NCBI GenBank assembly: GCA_052279835.1
Contig: CP181291.1
Location: 1,760,001 to 1,824,000 of the forward strand
Reading direction: 5' to 3'
DNA length: 64,000 bases
Source of the DNA: Microcoleus sp.
Lineage (GTDB): Bacteria; Cyanobacteriota; Cyanobacteriia; Cyanobacteriales; Microcoleaceae
Part shown: positions 28,575 to 37,253 of the stretch, in pieces
Layout: the number at the start of each line of letters is the position of its first letter
Position numbering within the stretch: the first letter of the stretch is position 1
Notes under the pieces: generated by a model
What the model was told of the DNA's origin: nothing
Databases searched by the model: none
Seen by the model: the letters and a program-made list of their open reading frames with translations, nothing else
Program-made: the position numbers and the translations under genes

Positions 28575-28903
28575 TGTCTACAAGTTTTTGTAGACAATAT
28601 GTTGACAGTGTAGACAGTTATCAGTTAGTGTAGACAAATACTGTATACAGGTGTCTACAATGAGTCAAAGTCAAGTCGTATCGTTCAGAGCTTCCGGTCA
28701 CTTCCTAAACTGGATAGAAGCTCAGAGACTAGATAGTGAGTCTGTTAGCCAAGCTGCACAACGCATTCTCAAGGAAGTCTCAGGCACGTCTACAACAGTG
28801 TCTACACCAAGCGACACTAACGCGCTGTCTACACTGTCTACAAATTTGTCTACACAAAGCAATGATAGCGTCGTGTCTACAAACATTGTAGACATTGTAG
28901 ACA
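28575..28903. repeat. Twelve TGTCTACA/TGTAGACA octamers
   Basis: TGTCTACA at 28575, 28652, 28799, 28826, 28835, 28847 and 28874; TGTAGACA at 28589, 28609, 28629, 28887 and 28896; plus one-mismatch variants. Confidence 0.85.
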
Positions 28904-28983
28904 AGGCTGTAAGTTCAAGTCTTGACCCCGTGATGGAGCGGATGGCCACCATTGAGGAACGGCTGGGAAAATTGAGTGCCTGA
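28660..28983 (+). CDS. Small putative ribbon-helix-helix DNA-binding protein
   Basis: MSQSQVVSFRASGHFLNWIEAQRLDSESVSQAAQRILKE shows a beta-strand plus two-helix pattern. ATG at 28660. Confidence 0.65.
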   Translation: MSQSQVVSFRASGHFLNWIEAQRLDSESVSQAAQRILKEVSGTSTTVSTPSDTNALSTLSTNLSTQSNDSVVSTNIVDIVDKAVSSSLDPVMERMATIEERLGKLSA

Positions 28984-29011
28984 GTGACGGCAACGATGAA
29001 TCACTCAGGCA
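28965..29011 (+). other. Putative -1 programmed ribosomal frameshift signal
   Basis: In-frame G_GGA_AAA heptamer (28965-28971), 5-nt spacer, perfect 11-bp stem TGCCTGAGTGA/TCACTCAGGCA. Confidence 0.75.
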
Positions 29012-29294
29012 GGAATTGAAGGCGGCTAACAAGCAACTTGCAGAATGGGATAAGGAACTGAATCAGTTGCATGAGCGGAATGGTGACTTGGGTTTGGAAG
29101 TTCAGAATCTGAAGGAAGAACTTGCGACCGTGAGGTCCGATCGCACTGAAAGTAAAAACTCAGCTCCGGCAGTCGCAGAATTTCCAGAGGCTGCTGACTT
29201 ACTCAACAAACTCAAATCTCAGCGCAAAAAATCCAGGGCTGATTTGGGGGATATGGAAGCAGTTTTGGAAATACTCAGCTACCCAGAAGAGTAG
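28971..29294 (+). CDS. Coiled-coil ORF, probably translated as a -1 frameshift extension of 28660-28983
   Basis: Frame is open from 28956; the only early start is TTG 29016; heptad-like LKAANKQLAEWDKELNQL. Confidence 0.6.
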   Translation: MECLSDGNDESLRQELKAANKQLAEWDKELNQLHERNGDLGLEVQNLKEELATVRSDRTESKNSAPAVAEFPEAADLLNKLKSQRKKSRADLGDMEAVLEILSYPEE

Positions 29295-29378
29295 GACTGA
29301 GCGAAAGATGAGCGGAAAACCGAAATCTTGGTGAGACAATAAATCTGAAACCATTGACTAAGCAAGAATTAAACAGTA

Positions 29379-29463
29379 TGGGGGTGGAGGGACTTGAACC
29401 CACACGACCGTTTCGGGTCAACGGATTTTAAGTCCGTAGCGTCTACCATTCCGCCACACCCCC
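29379..29463 (-). tRNA. trnL: tRNA-Leu(UAA), no intron
   Basis: GGGGGTGTGGCGGAATGGTAGACGCTACGGACTTAAAATCCGTTGACCCGAAACGGTCGTGTGGGTTCAAGTCCCTCCACCCCCA; anticodon TAA and a long variable arm. Confidence 0.97.
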
Positions 29464-29673
29464 TGATTTAAGTTACTGTAGCAGGATTATGCCCCCACAG
29501 ACAACCACAGCTTTATACAATACAACCAAAACCCTATTTTACGCAACCCCTAATCGAAAATTTCTCAAAAACCGCGCTGCATCCCCCTAAGCGGTACAAT
29601 AATCAATCAGTGTGTCCTAGGCGATCGCGCCTATCCCACCTACCGCCTGTAATTATTCCCCTAAAGCAAATCT

Positions 29674-29889
29674 ATGTATATTACCCTACTGCTGTACGCC
29701 GTCTTGGCGGGAGCTTATCTCCTGGTAGTACCCGCAGCTACCTACGCCTATCTCAACAGCCGCTGGTACATTGCTACTTCTTTGGAACGGGCGTTCATGT
29801 ACTTCTTGATGTTCTTCTTTTTCCCAGGTATGTTTCTCCTAGCTCCATTTTTAAATTTTCGCCCCAAACGGCGGCAGATAGAAGCCTAA
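29674..29889 (+). CDS. ndhL: NAD(P)H-quinone oxidoreductase subunit L
   Basis: YLLVVP...[20 protein letters not shown]...PFLNFRP; conserved ndhL-DUF3007-trpA order. Confidence 0.95.
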   Translation: MYITLLLYAVLAGAYLLVVPAATYAYLNSRWYIATSLERAFMYFLMFFFFPGMFLLAPFLNFRPKRRQIEA

Positions 29890-30195
29890 ATGCGACGTAT
29901 AGACGTAATTGGAATCACACTCGGTGTCTTTGTGGCTGGTGGGTTAGCCTACTTGTTGCTGCAATTGGCGGGACTCGACAGCACCAACGCTGGTATCTGG
30001 AGTCAATTATTTTTGGTGGCCGGCTTAATTGGATGGCTGGCTACCTATCTATTTCGAGCTGTTACTCAAGGTATGACCTACAGTCAGCAACTGAAGGACT
30101 ACAAAGAAGCAGTATTGCAGAAGCAGCTTGATGCACTGACTCCCGAAGAATTGGCAAAAATTCAAGCCGAAATTGAACAGGAAAAAAATAATTAG
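29890..30195 (+). CDS. DUF3007 family membrane protein
   Basis: MRRIDVIGI...AGIWSQ...GWLATYLFR...MTY; lies between ndhL and trpA. Confidence 0.85.
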   Translation: MRRIDVIGITLGVFVAGGLAYLLLQLAGLDSTNAGIWSQLFLVAGLIGWLATYLFRAVTQGMTYSQQLKDYKEAVLQKQLDALTPEELAKIQAEIEQEKNN

Positions 30196-30406
30196 TTATT
30201 TGTTATTCGTTATTGGTTATTAGTAGTTAGTGGTTATTGATTTTTTTATTTCTGGTCATTGGTTCCCATTCCCATTGCCAATTATAACCACCGCCAAGGC
30301 TCTTGATGCGATTTCCTAATTGCTCCCTATTCACAAATAACCAATAACTAATAACTAATGACCACTGACTAATAACTAATGACCACTGACTAATAACAAA
30401 TAACTA
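30192..30406. repeat. STRR heptamer tracts in inverted orientation
   Basis: (TTAGTTA/TTGGTTA)-like units, then (TAACTAA/TGACCAC/TGACTAA) units. Confidence 0.7.
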
Positions 30407-31204
30407 ATGACTATTTCTAATTGCTTTGAAAACCTGCGCCCAAAAAATCAGTGCGCTTTAATCCCTTTCATTACTGCTGGCGACCCCGACTTGGAGACAA
30501 CCGCTAAAGCACTGCAAGTTTTGGATGACAACGGTGCTGATGCGATCGAACTTGGTGTTCCCTATTCCGACCCCCTGGCTGACGGGCCAGTCATTCAAGC
30601 TGCTGCTACCAGGGCTTTGCAGCACGGAACTCGCTTAGATGACGTGCTGGAAATGGTCGCCAAAGTTAGCCCTAATTTGCGATCGCCCATTATTCTGTTC
30701 ACCTACTATAACCCGATTTTGTATCGAGGTGTAGAAACTTTCTTGCAGCAAATCAAAAGTGCCGGAGTCCAGGGATTAGTAGTACCAGATTTGCCCTTAG
30801 AAGAAGCCGAAACCCTAATTCAACCAGCCAACAAATTAGGCATTGAACTCACATTATTAGTTGCTCCCACAAGTCCCAAAAGCCGCATAGAAGCTATTGC
30901 TAAACAGTCTCAAGGATTTATTTACTTAGTCAGCGTCACCGGCGTTACAGGAGTGCGGGATGGATTAGAAAAGCGAGCAAAAGAGTTACTGCAAGAACTG
31001 CGCAGCGTCACCGAAAAACCCATCGGCATCGGTTTTGGGATTTCGACACCGGAACACGCTCGTCAAGTGAAAGAATGGGGCGCAGATGCTGCCATTGTGG
31101 GCAGTGCTTTTGTCAAACGTTTAGCTGATGGCACTCCAGAACAGGGTTTAGAATCTATCGCCCAATTCTGCAAGAGTCTCAAAGCAGCAATTCAAAATAC
31201 TTAG
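30407..31204 (+). CDS. trpA: Tryptophan synthase alpha chain
   Basis: [35 protein letters not shown] and IGFGIS motifs. Confidence 0.98.
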   Translation: MTISNCFENLRPKNQCALIPFITAGDPDLETTAKALQVLDDNGADAIELGVPYSDPLADGPVIQAAATRALQHGTRLDDVLEMVAKVSPNLRSPIILFTYYNPILYRGVETFLQQIKSAGVQGLVVPDLPLEEAETLIQPANKLGIELTLLVAPTSPKSRIEAIAKQSQGFIYLVSVTGVTGVRDGLEKRAKELLQELRSVTEKPIGIGFGISTPEHARQVKEWGADAAIVGSAFVKRLADGTPEQGLESIAQFCKSLKAAIQNT

Positions 31205-31306
31205 CCACCTTGCCGATAATTTCTATCATTAGATAGATGCCGGAGTGCGATCTAGCTTGCCATAATTGCTCCTAAAGACATTGTTGTACTTGAGATAAAA
31301 GGTTTT

Positions 31307-31343
31307 CTTCCTTTAGGTTTCCGACCTGAAGGAAGGTTTTTTT
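31307..31343 (+). terminator. Rho-independent terminator after trpA
   Basis: CTTCCTTTAGGT...ACCTGAAGGAAG stem followed by a T-run. Confidence 0.55.
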
Positions 31344-31450
31344 GAGATAACAAAGCGCGTAGTAATATCAATTCCGGTTGTATCGGAATGATTTAACCGC
31401 GAAGGCGCGAAGTACGCGAAGCAAGAGAAGAGAGAGTTTAATACAGGACG

Positions 31451-33163
31451 ATGAAGAGAGGATTTTATATAAGTAGCTCATTTAATAAACGCAAATTTCA
31501 AAAAATCGAGGTGAATACACCTCAGAAATTAGGATGGGCGATCGCACTTTTGGGCGGTATTGTGATGGGATTGACAACCGCACCAGTAAATGCTTGGCTT
31601 TTGGCTTGGTTCGCCTTAGTTCCCCTCTGGGTTTTGGTTGTAGATTACCAACAGCCAAAACAAGAAGTAAACAAACAAAAATTCTTTTTTATTCCCTCTT
31701 CCTTGTTCCTTCTTCCTTTACTCTGGGGAATTGGCTATCACGGATTAGCTTTGTCTTGGATTATGGGAATTCACCCGATGACTTGGTTGGGGGTTCCGTG
31801 GTGGCCTAGTTTGGCGATCGCACTTTTTTGTTGGGCATTCATCACTCTCTGGGGAGCCGCCTTAGTTACTGTTTGGACATGGCTATTTGTAACTTTCAAC
31901 TCTCTGTCTCTACCCGGAAAAATTACTATTCTTAACTCCCCCCCTTTACAAGGGGGGGCTGGGGAGGGTAACTCCAAATTTTCAGCATTAATTCGCGTTT
32001 TAATTGGCACGGCATTATGGTGTGCTTTAGAAAGTTTTTGGAGTCAAGGTTCGCTGTGGTGGACATCATTATCCTACACCCAAAGCCCCCACAATTTAGC
32101 AATTTTGCACCTAGGTCAGCTCTCTGGGCCGAGCGCAGTAACGGCGGCAATTGTAGCAGTAAATGGGTTAATTGCTGAAGCTTGGATGGAAGGAAGAAGG
32201 AAGAAGGAAGAAGCAAGAGGGAAGAATTGGGTTCTTTATATTTTACCTGTAAGTTTGTGTGTGATTTTGCATATTGTAGGCTGGAGTTTATATGATCGTC
32301 CCTTAATTCAAGAGCCGGGAATGGCGTTAAAAATAGGAATTATTCAAGGCAATATTCCGAACGAGATTAAGTTTGACTCCCAGGGCTGGCGTCGCGCTTT
32401 GGAAGGTTACACGGCGGGATACAAACTGTTAGCAGATAGAGGCGTGGATGTTGTGCTAATTCCAGAGACGGCTTTGCCTTTTTTCTGGACAAATGAGTAT
32501 CAGCGTTCTACTCTGTCTTTTTATCAAGCAATTCTCGATCGCGGTGTTCTGGCTTTGGTGGGAGGCTTTGGACAGGAAGGGGATGGTATGACTAATAGCT
32601 TATTGGCGATCGACAAAACAGGAGAAATCCTCAGCCGCTACGATAAAACCAAGCTGGTACCTTTAGGCGAATATATCCCTTTTTACGAAATTTTAGGCGG
32701 GATTATTAATCGGCTTTCTCCCTTAGATGCTCATTTAATACCGGGAAATTCTCAGCAACTGTTTGAGACGCCTTTTGGCCGCGCCATTGTCGGTATTTGT
32801 TACGATTCGGCCTTTGCGGAAATTTTTCGATATCAGGCGGCGAAGGGGGGCGAATTTATGCTGACAGCATCTAACAATGCCCATTATAAACCGCCGATGT
32901 TGGCCGGGCATCATGCTCTAGATGTGATGCGGGCAATTGAAACTGATAGATGGGCGGCTATTGCTACGAATACAGGTTATTCGGCGTTTGTCAATCCTCA
33001 CGGCGAAACGGTGTGGATGTCGGCAATTAATACTTATCAAGTCCAAGATGCTACTATTTATCGGCAGCAAACTCAGACTTTGTATGTACGCTGGGGCGAT
33101 TGGTTGATGCCTGTATTGTTAGTTTTGGCTGGATTGGCGAGGTTTGTTATCAGAATTAAGTAG
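31451..33163 (+). CDS. lnt: Apolipoprotein N-acyltransferase
   Basis: IIQGNIP, PETA, YDKTKLVPLGEYIP, ICYDS and RAIETDR motifs. The true start may be GTG 31511. Confidence 0.93.
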   Translation: MKRGFYISSSFNKRKFQKIEVNTPQKLGWAIALLGGIVMGLTTAPVNAWLLAWFALVPLWVLVVDYQQPKQEVNKQKFFFIPSSLFLLPLLWGIGYHGLALSWIMGIHPMTWLGVPWWPSLAIALFCWAFITLWGAALVTVWTWLFVTFNSLSLPGKITILNSPPLQGGAGEGNSKFSALIRVLIGTALWCALESFWSQGSLWWTSLSYTQSPHNLAILHLGQLSGPSAVTAAIVAVNGLIAEAWMEGRRKKEEARGKNWVLYILPVSLCVILHIVGWSLYDRPLIQEPGMALKIGIIQGNIPNEIKFDSQGWRRALEGYTAGYKLLADRGVDVVLIPETALPFFWTNEYQRSTLSFYQAILDRGVLALVGGFGQEGDGMTNSLLAIDKTGEILSRYDKTKLVPLGEYIPFYEILGGIINRLSPLDAHLIPGNSQQLFETPFGRAIVGICYDSAFAEIFRYQAAKGGEFMLTASNNAHYKPPMLAGHHALDVMRAIETDRWAAIATNTGYSAFVNPHGETVWMSAINTYQVQDATIYRQQTQTLYVRWGDWLMPVLLVLAGLARFVIRIK

Positions 33164-33210
33164 AACCAATCCAACCCAACACAAATGGAACCGCAAACGA
33201 GAGCGTTATA

Positions 33211-34113
33211 CTACTTTTCCATATGATTATGAACGCTGGGAGACAAAGTAATTAAATCTTCCATATTGCGGTGCATCGTGGCACAAATATTATCCAAGGG
33301 CAAATCATTAGTGTCGTGACCAAAAGGATTCTCGATTTCAATTCCAATTTCTTCAATTCCGAACAAAGTAAAACTGATTAAAGCCACCACAGCGCCTGTT
33401 CCCCAACTTAAATCTTTGACCATTTGAAAGGGCAGCGTCAAGCAATAAAGCAACAATAGCTGTTTCAAATGAATCGAGTAGGCCAAAGGGATTGGGGTTT
33501 TCAAAATTCGCTCGCAGGCTCCTAGTGTATCGATCATAGAGTTTAGTAGCTGATTCAGAGCTGTTAACTGGTAGACATCGAGGCAATTGCGATCGTACTG
33601 TCGATTCAAATAATCCCCAATCCAAAAGGCAACTTCTATGGGAGGATTGTTCATAGACTTGAGCTTTTGATATTTCGATGGGGACATTAGATGCTCCAAT
33701 TCTGAATTGACTGATTCTTGTCGGAGATGCAATTTTAGCGCCACCGCAAAGGCAATTAACAGGCGCAATGCTGCTTTTTTTTCTATAAAATCTTGATGCT
33801 CTTTTTCGTCGATTGCTACCCAAATTTGACGCGCTAAATTACGGACATTGTTAACTAAATTACCCCATAACTTGCGACCTTCCCAAAATCTTTCGTAAGC
33901 TGTATTTGTCCTAAATACTAACAGTAATCCTAGAACAATACTCGGTACAATGCTAGACAACATTGGCAAGGATACTGGCAAATTTAAAAAATGTAGGAGT
34001 GAAATAAACACCCCAAATAGTCCGCAGAGTAAAACACGGGGTAAAATTGACGGAATGACAGACCCCCGCAACTTTAATGCAGTTTTAAACCAGGCTCGTT
34101 TTTCAGCAGTCAT
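33211..34113 (-). CDS. Bestrophin-family (UPF0187/YneE) channel
   Basis: LLLVFRTNTAYERFWEGRKLWG, CERILKTPIP and IENPFG.DxNDLPL motifs. Confidence 0.93.
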   Translation of the reverse strand: MTAEKRAWFKTALKLRGSVIPSILPRVLLCGLFGVFISLLHFLNLPVSLPMLSSIVPSIVLGLLLVFRTNTAYERFWEGRKLWGNLVNNVRNLARQIWVAIDEKEHQDFIEKKAALRLLIAFAVALKLHLRQESVNSELEHLMSPSKYQKLKSMNNPPIEVAFWIGDYLNRQYDRNCLDVYQLTALNQLLNSMIDTLGACERILKTPIPLAYSIHLKQLLLLYCLTLPFQMVKDLSWGTGAVVALISFTLFGIEEIGIEIENPFGHDTNDLPLDNICATMHRNMEDLITLSPSVHNHMEK

Positions 34114-34352
34114 CTAAATCTCCTCTTTAGTTCAAATCAAGAATCAAGGACTGTACGGGCTGTATGAATGCTTGCTAGACCTCATTTTTGCCTCCCATGG
34201 GAGTTGAAGAGTATAGCATCTAGGCAAACAGTCTTTGAATTTTACCAAAAGACTCATCTTTAGGACAATTTTCTAATTTAAAATTTAAAATTGATTAATT
34301 CCGGTACTTAAATTAGCTAATATTAGCTATGTATCTTTAAACGCAATTTTTC

Positions 34353-36473
34353 GTGGCAGATCTACCCACTTCTAATTCCTCGCATCTGCATCGGTTGCCG
34401 AACCAACGGTGGCAAATCTATGCGCCTCAACGACAGCAAGCGGAACAGTTTGCCACTGAAATCGGCTTGTCACCACTGTTGGCCCAGGTACTGATTAATC
34501 GGGGCATCGATACACTGACAGAAGTGCAAGGATTTGTAGAGCCGGAATCTCTGGTTTTGCCACAGCCAATGGATGAGTTTCCTGATTTGGCGGTGAGTGT
34601 GAGATTGTTGCGAGAAGCAATTGCTAATGGAAACAAGATTGCGATTTGTGGCGATTATGATGCGGATGGGATGACGAGCACGGCTTTGTTGCTGCGAGCT
34701 CTGAGGGCTCTGGGGGCGAAGGTGGATTATGCGATTCCGAGTCGGATGCGGGAAGGTTATGGGATTAACGATCGCATTGTAGAAGAATTTCACTCCGAAG
34801 GTGTGGCTCTAATTCTGACTGTAGATAACGGCATTGCCGCTTTGGGGCCGGTAAAAAGAGCGCGAGAACTTGGGGTACAAGTAATTATTACAGACCATCA
34901 CGATTTGCCACCACAACTACCGCCGGCGGATGCGATTCTGAATCCGAAATTAATTGCTGAATCTTCGCCTTATCGCGGTTTAGCTGGGGTTGGTGTGGCT
35001 TATGTTTTGGCAATTAGTTTGGCTCAGAGTTTGCAGAAAGTTGGCGGGTTGGTGAATCCGCTGCTGGAGTTATTTACTTTGGGAACTATTGCGGATTTAG
35101 CGCCTTTGACTGGGGTGAATCGTCGCTGGGTGAAGCGGGGTTTGCGGCTGTTGCCTCACTCGCAATTGGCGGGAATTCAGGCTTTGATTCAGGTGGCTGG
35201 GGTGCAGCCTGGAAGTGCCGAAACTCCTTTGATTCCTAATTTTCAACTCAAGGGCGGGCACGGGGGCACCGCCCCTACAACTCAAAATTCCTTAAAACCT
35301 GAAGATATTGGTTTTAGACTTGGACCGAGGATTAATGCTGTGGGTAGGCTGGCTGACCCTCAAATTGTGATAGAATTGTTGACTACGGACGATCGCGATT
35401 TGGCTCTGCAAAGGGCGATGGAGTGCGAACAAATCAATCAGCGCCGCCAGGAGTTGTGTATTGAAATTGAACAGGAAGCGATCGCTTGGTGCGAGGAAAG
35501 TTCGCTGAATTTGCAGCAGGAACGGGTTTTGGTTGTGGTAAGGCCTGGTTGGCATCACGGGGTGATTGGGATTGTGGCTTCTCGGTTGGTGGAGCGTTAT
35601 GGTGTGCCGGTGTTTATTGGTACTTTTGAGGGCGGGCACGGGGGCACCGCCCCTACGGATGCGCCCTCTCAAATTGTGCGGGGTTCGGCGAGGGGAATTC
35701 CTGAGTTTAATGTATTTGATGGGCTGAATTTTTGCGCGGATTTATTAACTAAATTTGGTGGACACAAAGCAGCGGGCGGTTTTTCTATGCCTGCGGAGAA
35801 TCTGGCAAAATTCCGCAGTCAACTTGCGGTTTTTGCTAATCAATGTTTGCAGCCAGAACATCTCAAGCCGCTGGTTTCTGTTGATGTGCAAGCGGATTTA
35901 TCTGAGATTAATTTGGAGCTTTATCGACAAATTGATGCTTTGGAACCTTGCGGGATTGAAAATAAGGCTCCTGTGTTTTGGACACCGAATGTTTGTATAA
36001 CTGAACAGAAGATTGTTGGGAAAGGAAATCATCTGAAACTAACTGCCACTCAAACTGTCCAAGTATCAGCAAGTTTACAGGGGATTGCTTGGCGTTGGGG
36101 TGAATATTTTCCTTTGCCTCGGTTGGTTGATATTGCTTACCGATTGCGGGAAAATTCTTTTAATGGCAAGATATCGGTGCAGTTAGAGTTGTTGGGTGTT
36201 CGACTGGCTACTGGTGAGGCTGATTTTCGGCCGTTGGTTTCGGGGAAGGCTGAGTTTGATTTTTCCGATCGCACTTATGCTTGTAGTTTATCTCGATCGG
36301 GCGATCGGACTGAGTTGAGAATTCGCAACTCCGTCGGGCAGGTGTTAGCAGTTTCGCCGGGAAAAACCACTGGTTTGTTGGGTAATAGCCGGGAAAATGC
36401 TAGGGAAGTGGATCTGTCTAAACCTTTCTTTTACAGCTTGATTCAAGCTGCTAAAAATGCCCTGGGGATTTGA
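34353..36473 (+). CDS. recJ: ssDNA-specific exonuclease RecJ
   Basis: GDYDADG, TVDNG, ITDHH, GTIAD, PRINAVGR and FGGHKAAGG motifs. Confidence 0.96.
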   Translation: MADLPTSNSSHLHRLPNQRWQIYAPQRQQAEQFATEIGLSPLLAQVLINRGIDTLTEVQGFVEPESLVLPQPMDEFPDLAVSVRLLREAIANGNKIAICGDYDADGMTSTALLLRALRALGAKVDYAIPSRMREGYGINDRIVEEFHSEGVALILTVDNGIAALGPVKRARELGVQVIITDHHDLPPQLPPADAILNPKLIAESSPYRGLAGVGVAYVLAISLAQSLQKVGGLVNPLLELFTLGTIADLAPLTGVNRRWVKRGLRLLPHSQLAGIQALIQVAGVQPGSAETPLIPNFQLKGGHGGTAPTTQNSLKPEDIGFRLGPRINAVGRLADPQIVIELLTTDDRDLALQRAMECEQINQRRQELCIEIEQEAIAWCEESSLNLQQERVLVVVRPGWHHGVIGIVASRLVERYGVPVFIGTFEGGHGGTAPTDAPSQIVRGSARGIPEFNVFDGLNFCADLLTKFGGHKAAGGFSMPAENLAKFRSQLAVFANQCLQPEHLKPLVSVDVQADLSEINLELYRQIDALEPCGIENKAPVFWTPNVCITEQKIVGKGNHLKLTATQTVQVSASLQGIAWRWGEYFPLPRLVDIAYRLRENSFNGKISVQLELLGVRLATGEADFRPLVSGKAEFDFSDRTYACSLSRSGDRTELRIRNSVGQVLAVSPGKTTGLLGNSRENAREVDLSKPFFYSLIQAAKNALGI

Positions 36474-36563
36474 AAATTGGCAATTGGCGATCGAATTTTG
36501 AGAAATCTGAATGCTTAAAAACTCAAAGCTCCCAACTCTCGATCGCCCGGTATCATACTAATC

Positions 36564-36704
36564 TTAGAGATCGCCGCCTCTAGCAGCCAATAGAAAAATC
36601 ACGATCGGGCCAGAAAGCACGACTGCTGCGAGCAAAGCGACCTGAACAATTAGTTGGATGTTGACACTGCCAGCACCGCTGAACAGATCGGTTATAAAGT
36701 CCAT
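36564..36704 (-). CDS. psb30: Photosystem II protein Psb30 (Ycf12)
   Basis: Below the ORF-track cutoff: MDFITDLFSGAGSVNIQLIVQVALLAAVVLSGPIVIFLLAARGGDL (46 aa) with an AGGAGG RBS. Confidence 0.92.
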   Translation of the reverse strand: MDFITDLFSGAGSVNIQLIVQVALLAAVVLSGPIVIFLLAARGGDL

Positions 36705-36788
36705 GTGTCCTCCTGACTGTAGTTAGTTAGTCTAGATTGTTGAATTAGAAAATCCGTCTCTGATTTTACCGGGCGAGGGGCCCTATTT

Positions 36789-36806
36789 TTTAAGAAAGTT
36801 TACAAA
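36789..36806. promoter_or_regulatory. HLR1-like (RpaB) direct repeat upstream of psb30
   Basis: TTTAAGAA-AG-TTTACAAA approximates (G/T)TTACA(T/A)(T/A)-N2-repeat. Confidence 0.35.
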
Positions 36807-36984
36807 ATTCAACTTTTTAGCGATCGGCTTCACCCTCCGCCCTCAGACAAAGGGAGGGGGCTGGCGAAACGGGTATCGCCCGATCAAGCCACCAGGGCTA
36901 GATCCGGAGATCGCCATCCCAAGTTTTGACCAAAAGACGAGCGGGAAGCCCCTGATATCATTTCCGGTTACACCGTCAGGTGAT

Positions 36985-37026
36985 GTTGACAGTTGACGGT
37001 TGACGGTTGACGGTTGACGGTTGACA
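36985..37026. repeat. STRR heptamer (GTTGACR) x6
   Basis: gttgacagttgacggttgacggttgacggttgacggttgaca. Confidence 0.85.
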
Positions 37027-37253
37027 GTGAACTCGAATTTACTATTCCGATGAACAGAGGATTTGATATGACTTGAGGGATGGGATAGATTGTACGGGTT
37101 TTTTGAACACAAATAATCCGCAGTCGCCACACAGTGCGATCGTCAATACACCACTAATTATAGAAAATTTACCTTTTTTTTGAATCATCAAGTGTCTGCA
37201 ATTTCCCTGTGGTTAATGGTGATAGGCGATCGCACTACCCTGTCTCATGGCGT

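Larger units (their letters stand above)
21204..29398. mobile_element. Integrative element (plasmid/satellite-like, ~8.2 kb) inserted at the 3' end of tRNA-Leu(UAA)
   Basis: 21-bp direct repeat ATGGGGGTGGAGGGACTTGAA at 21204-21224 and 29378-29398; integrase and primase genes inside; few HIP1 sites (about 2 seen by eye). Confidence 0.93.

Noticed and set aside
21204..29398. Complete prophage or classical conjugative ICE
   Set aside because: No recognisable capsid, terminase, tail, lysis, relaxase or VirB4/T4CP genes.
29610..30131. 173-aa ORF
   Set aside because: Shadow frame over the well-supported ndhL and DUF3007 genes.
30192..30406. Heptamer tracts as a novel repeat system
   Set aside because: Ordinary STRR repeats of filamentous cyanobacteria (also at ~6660, ~17000 and ~37000).
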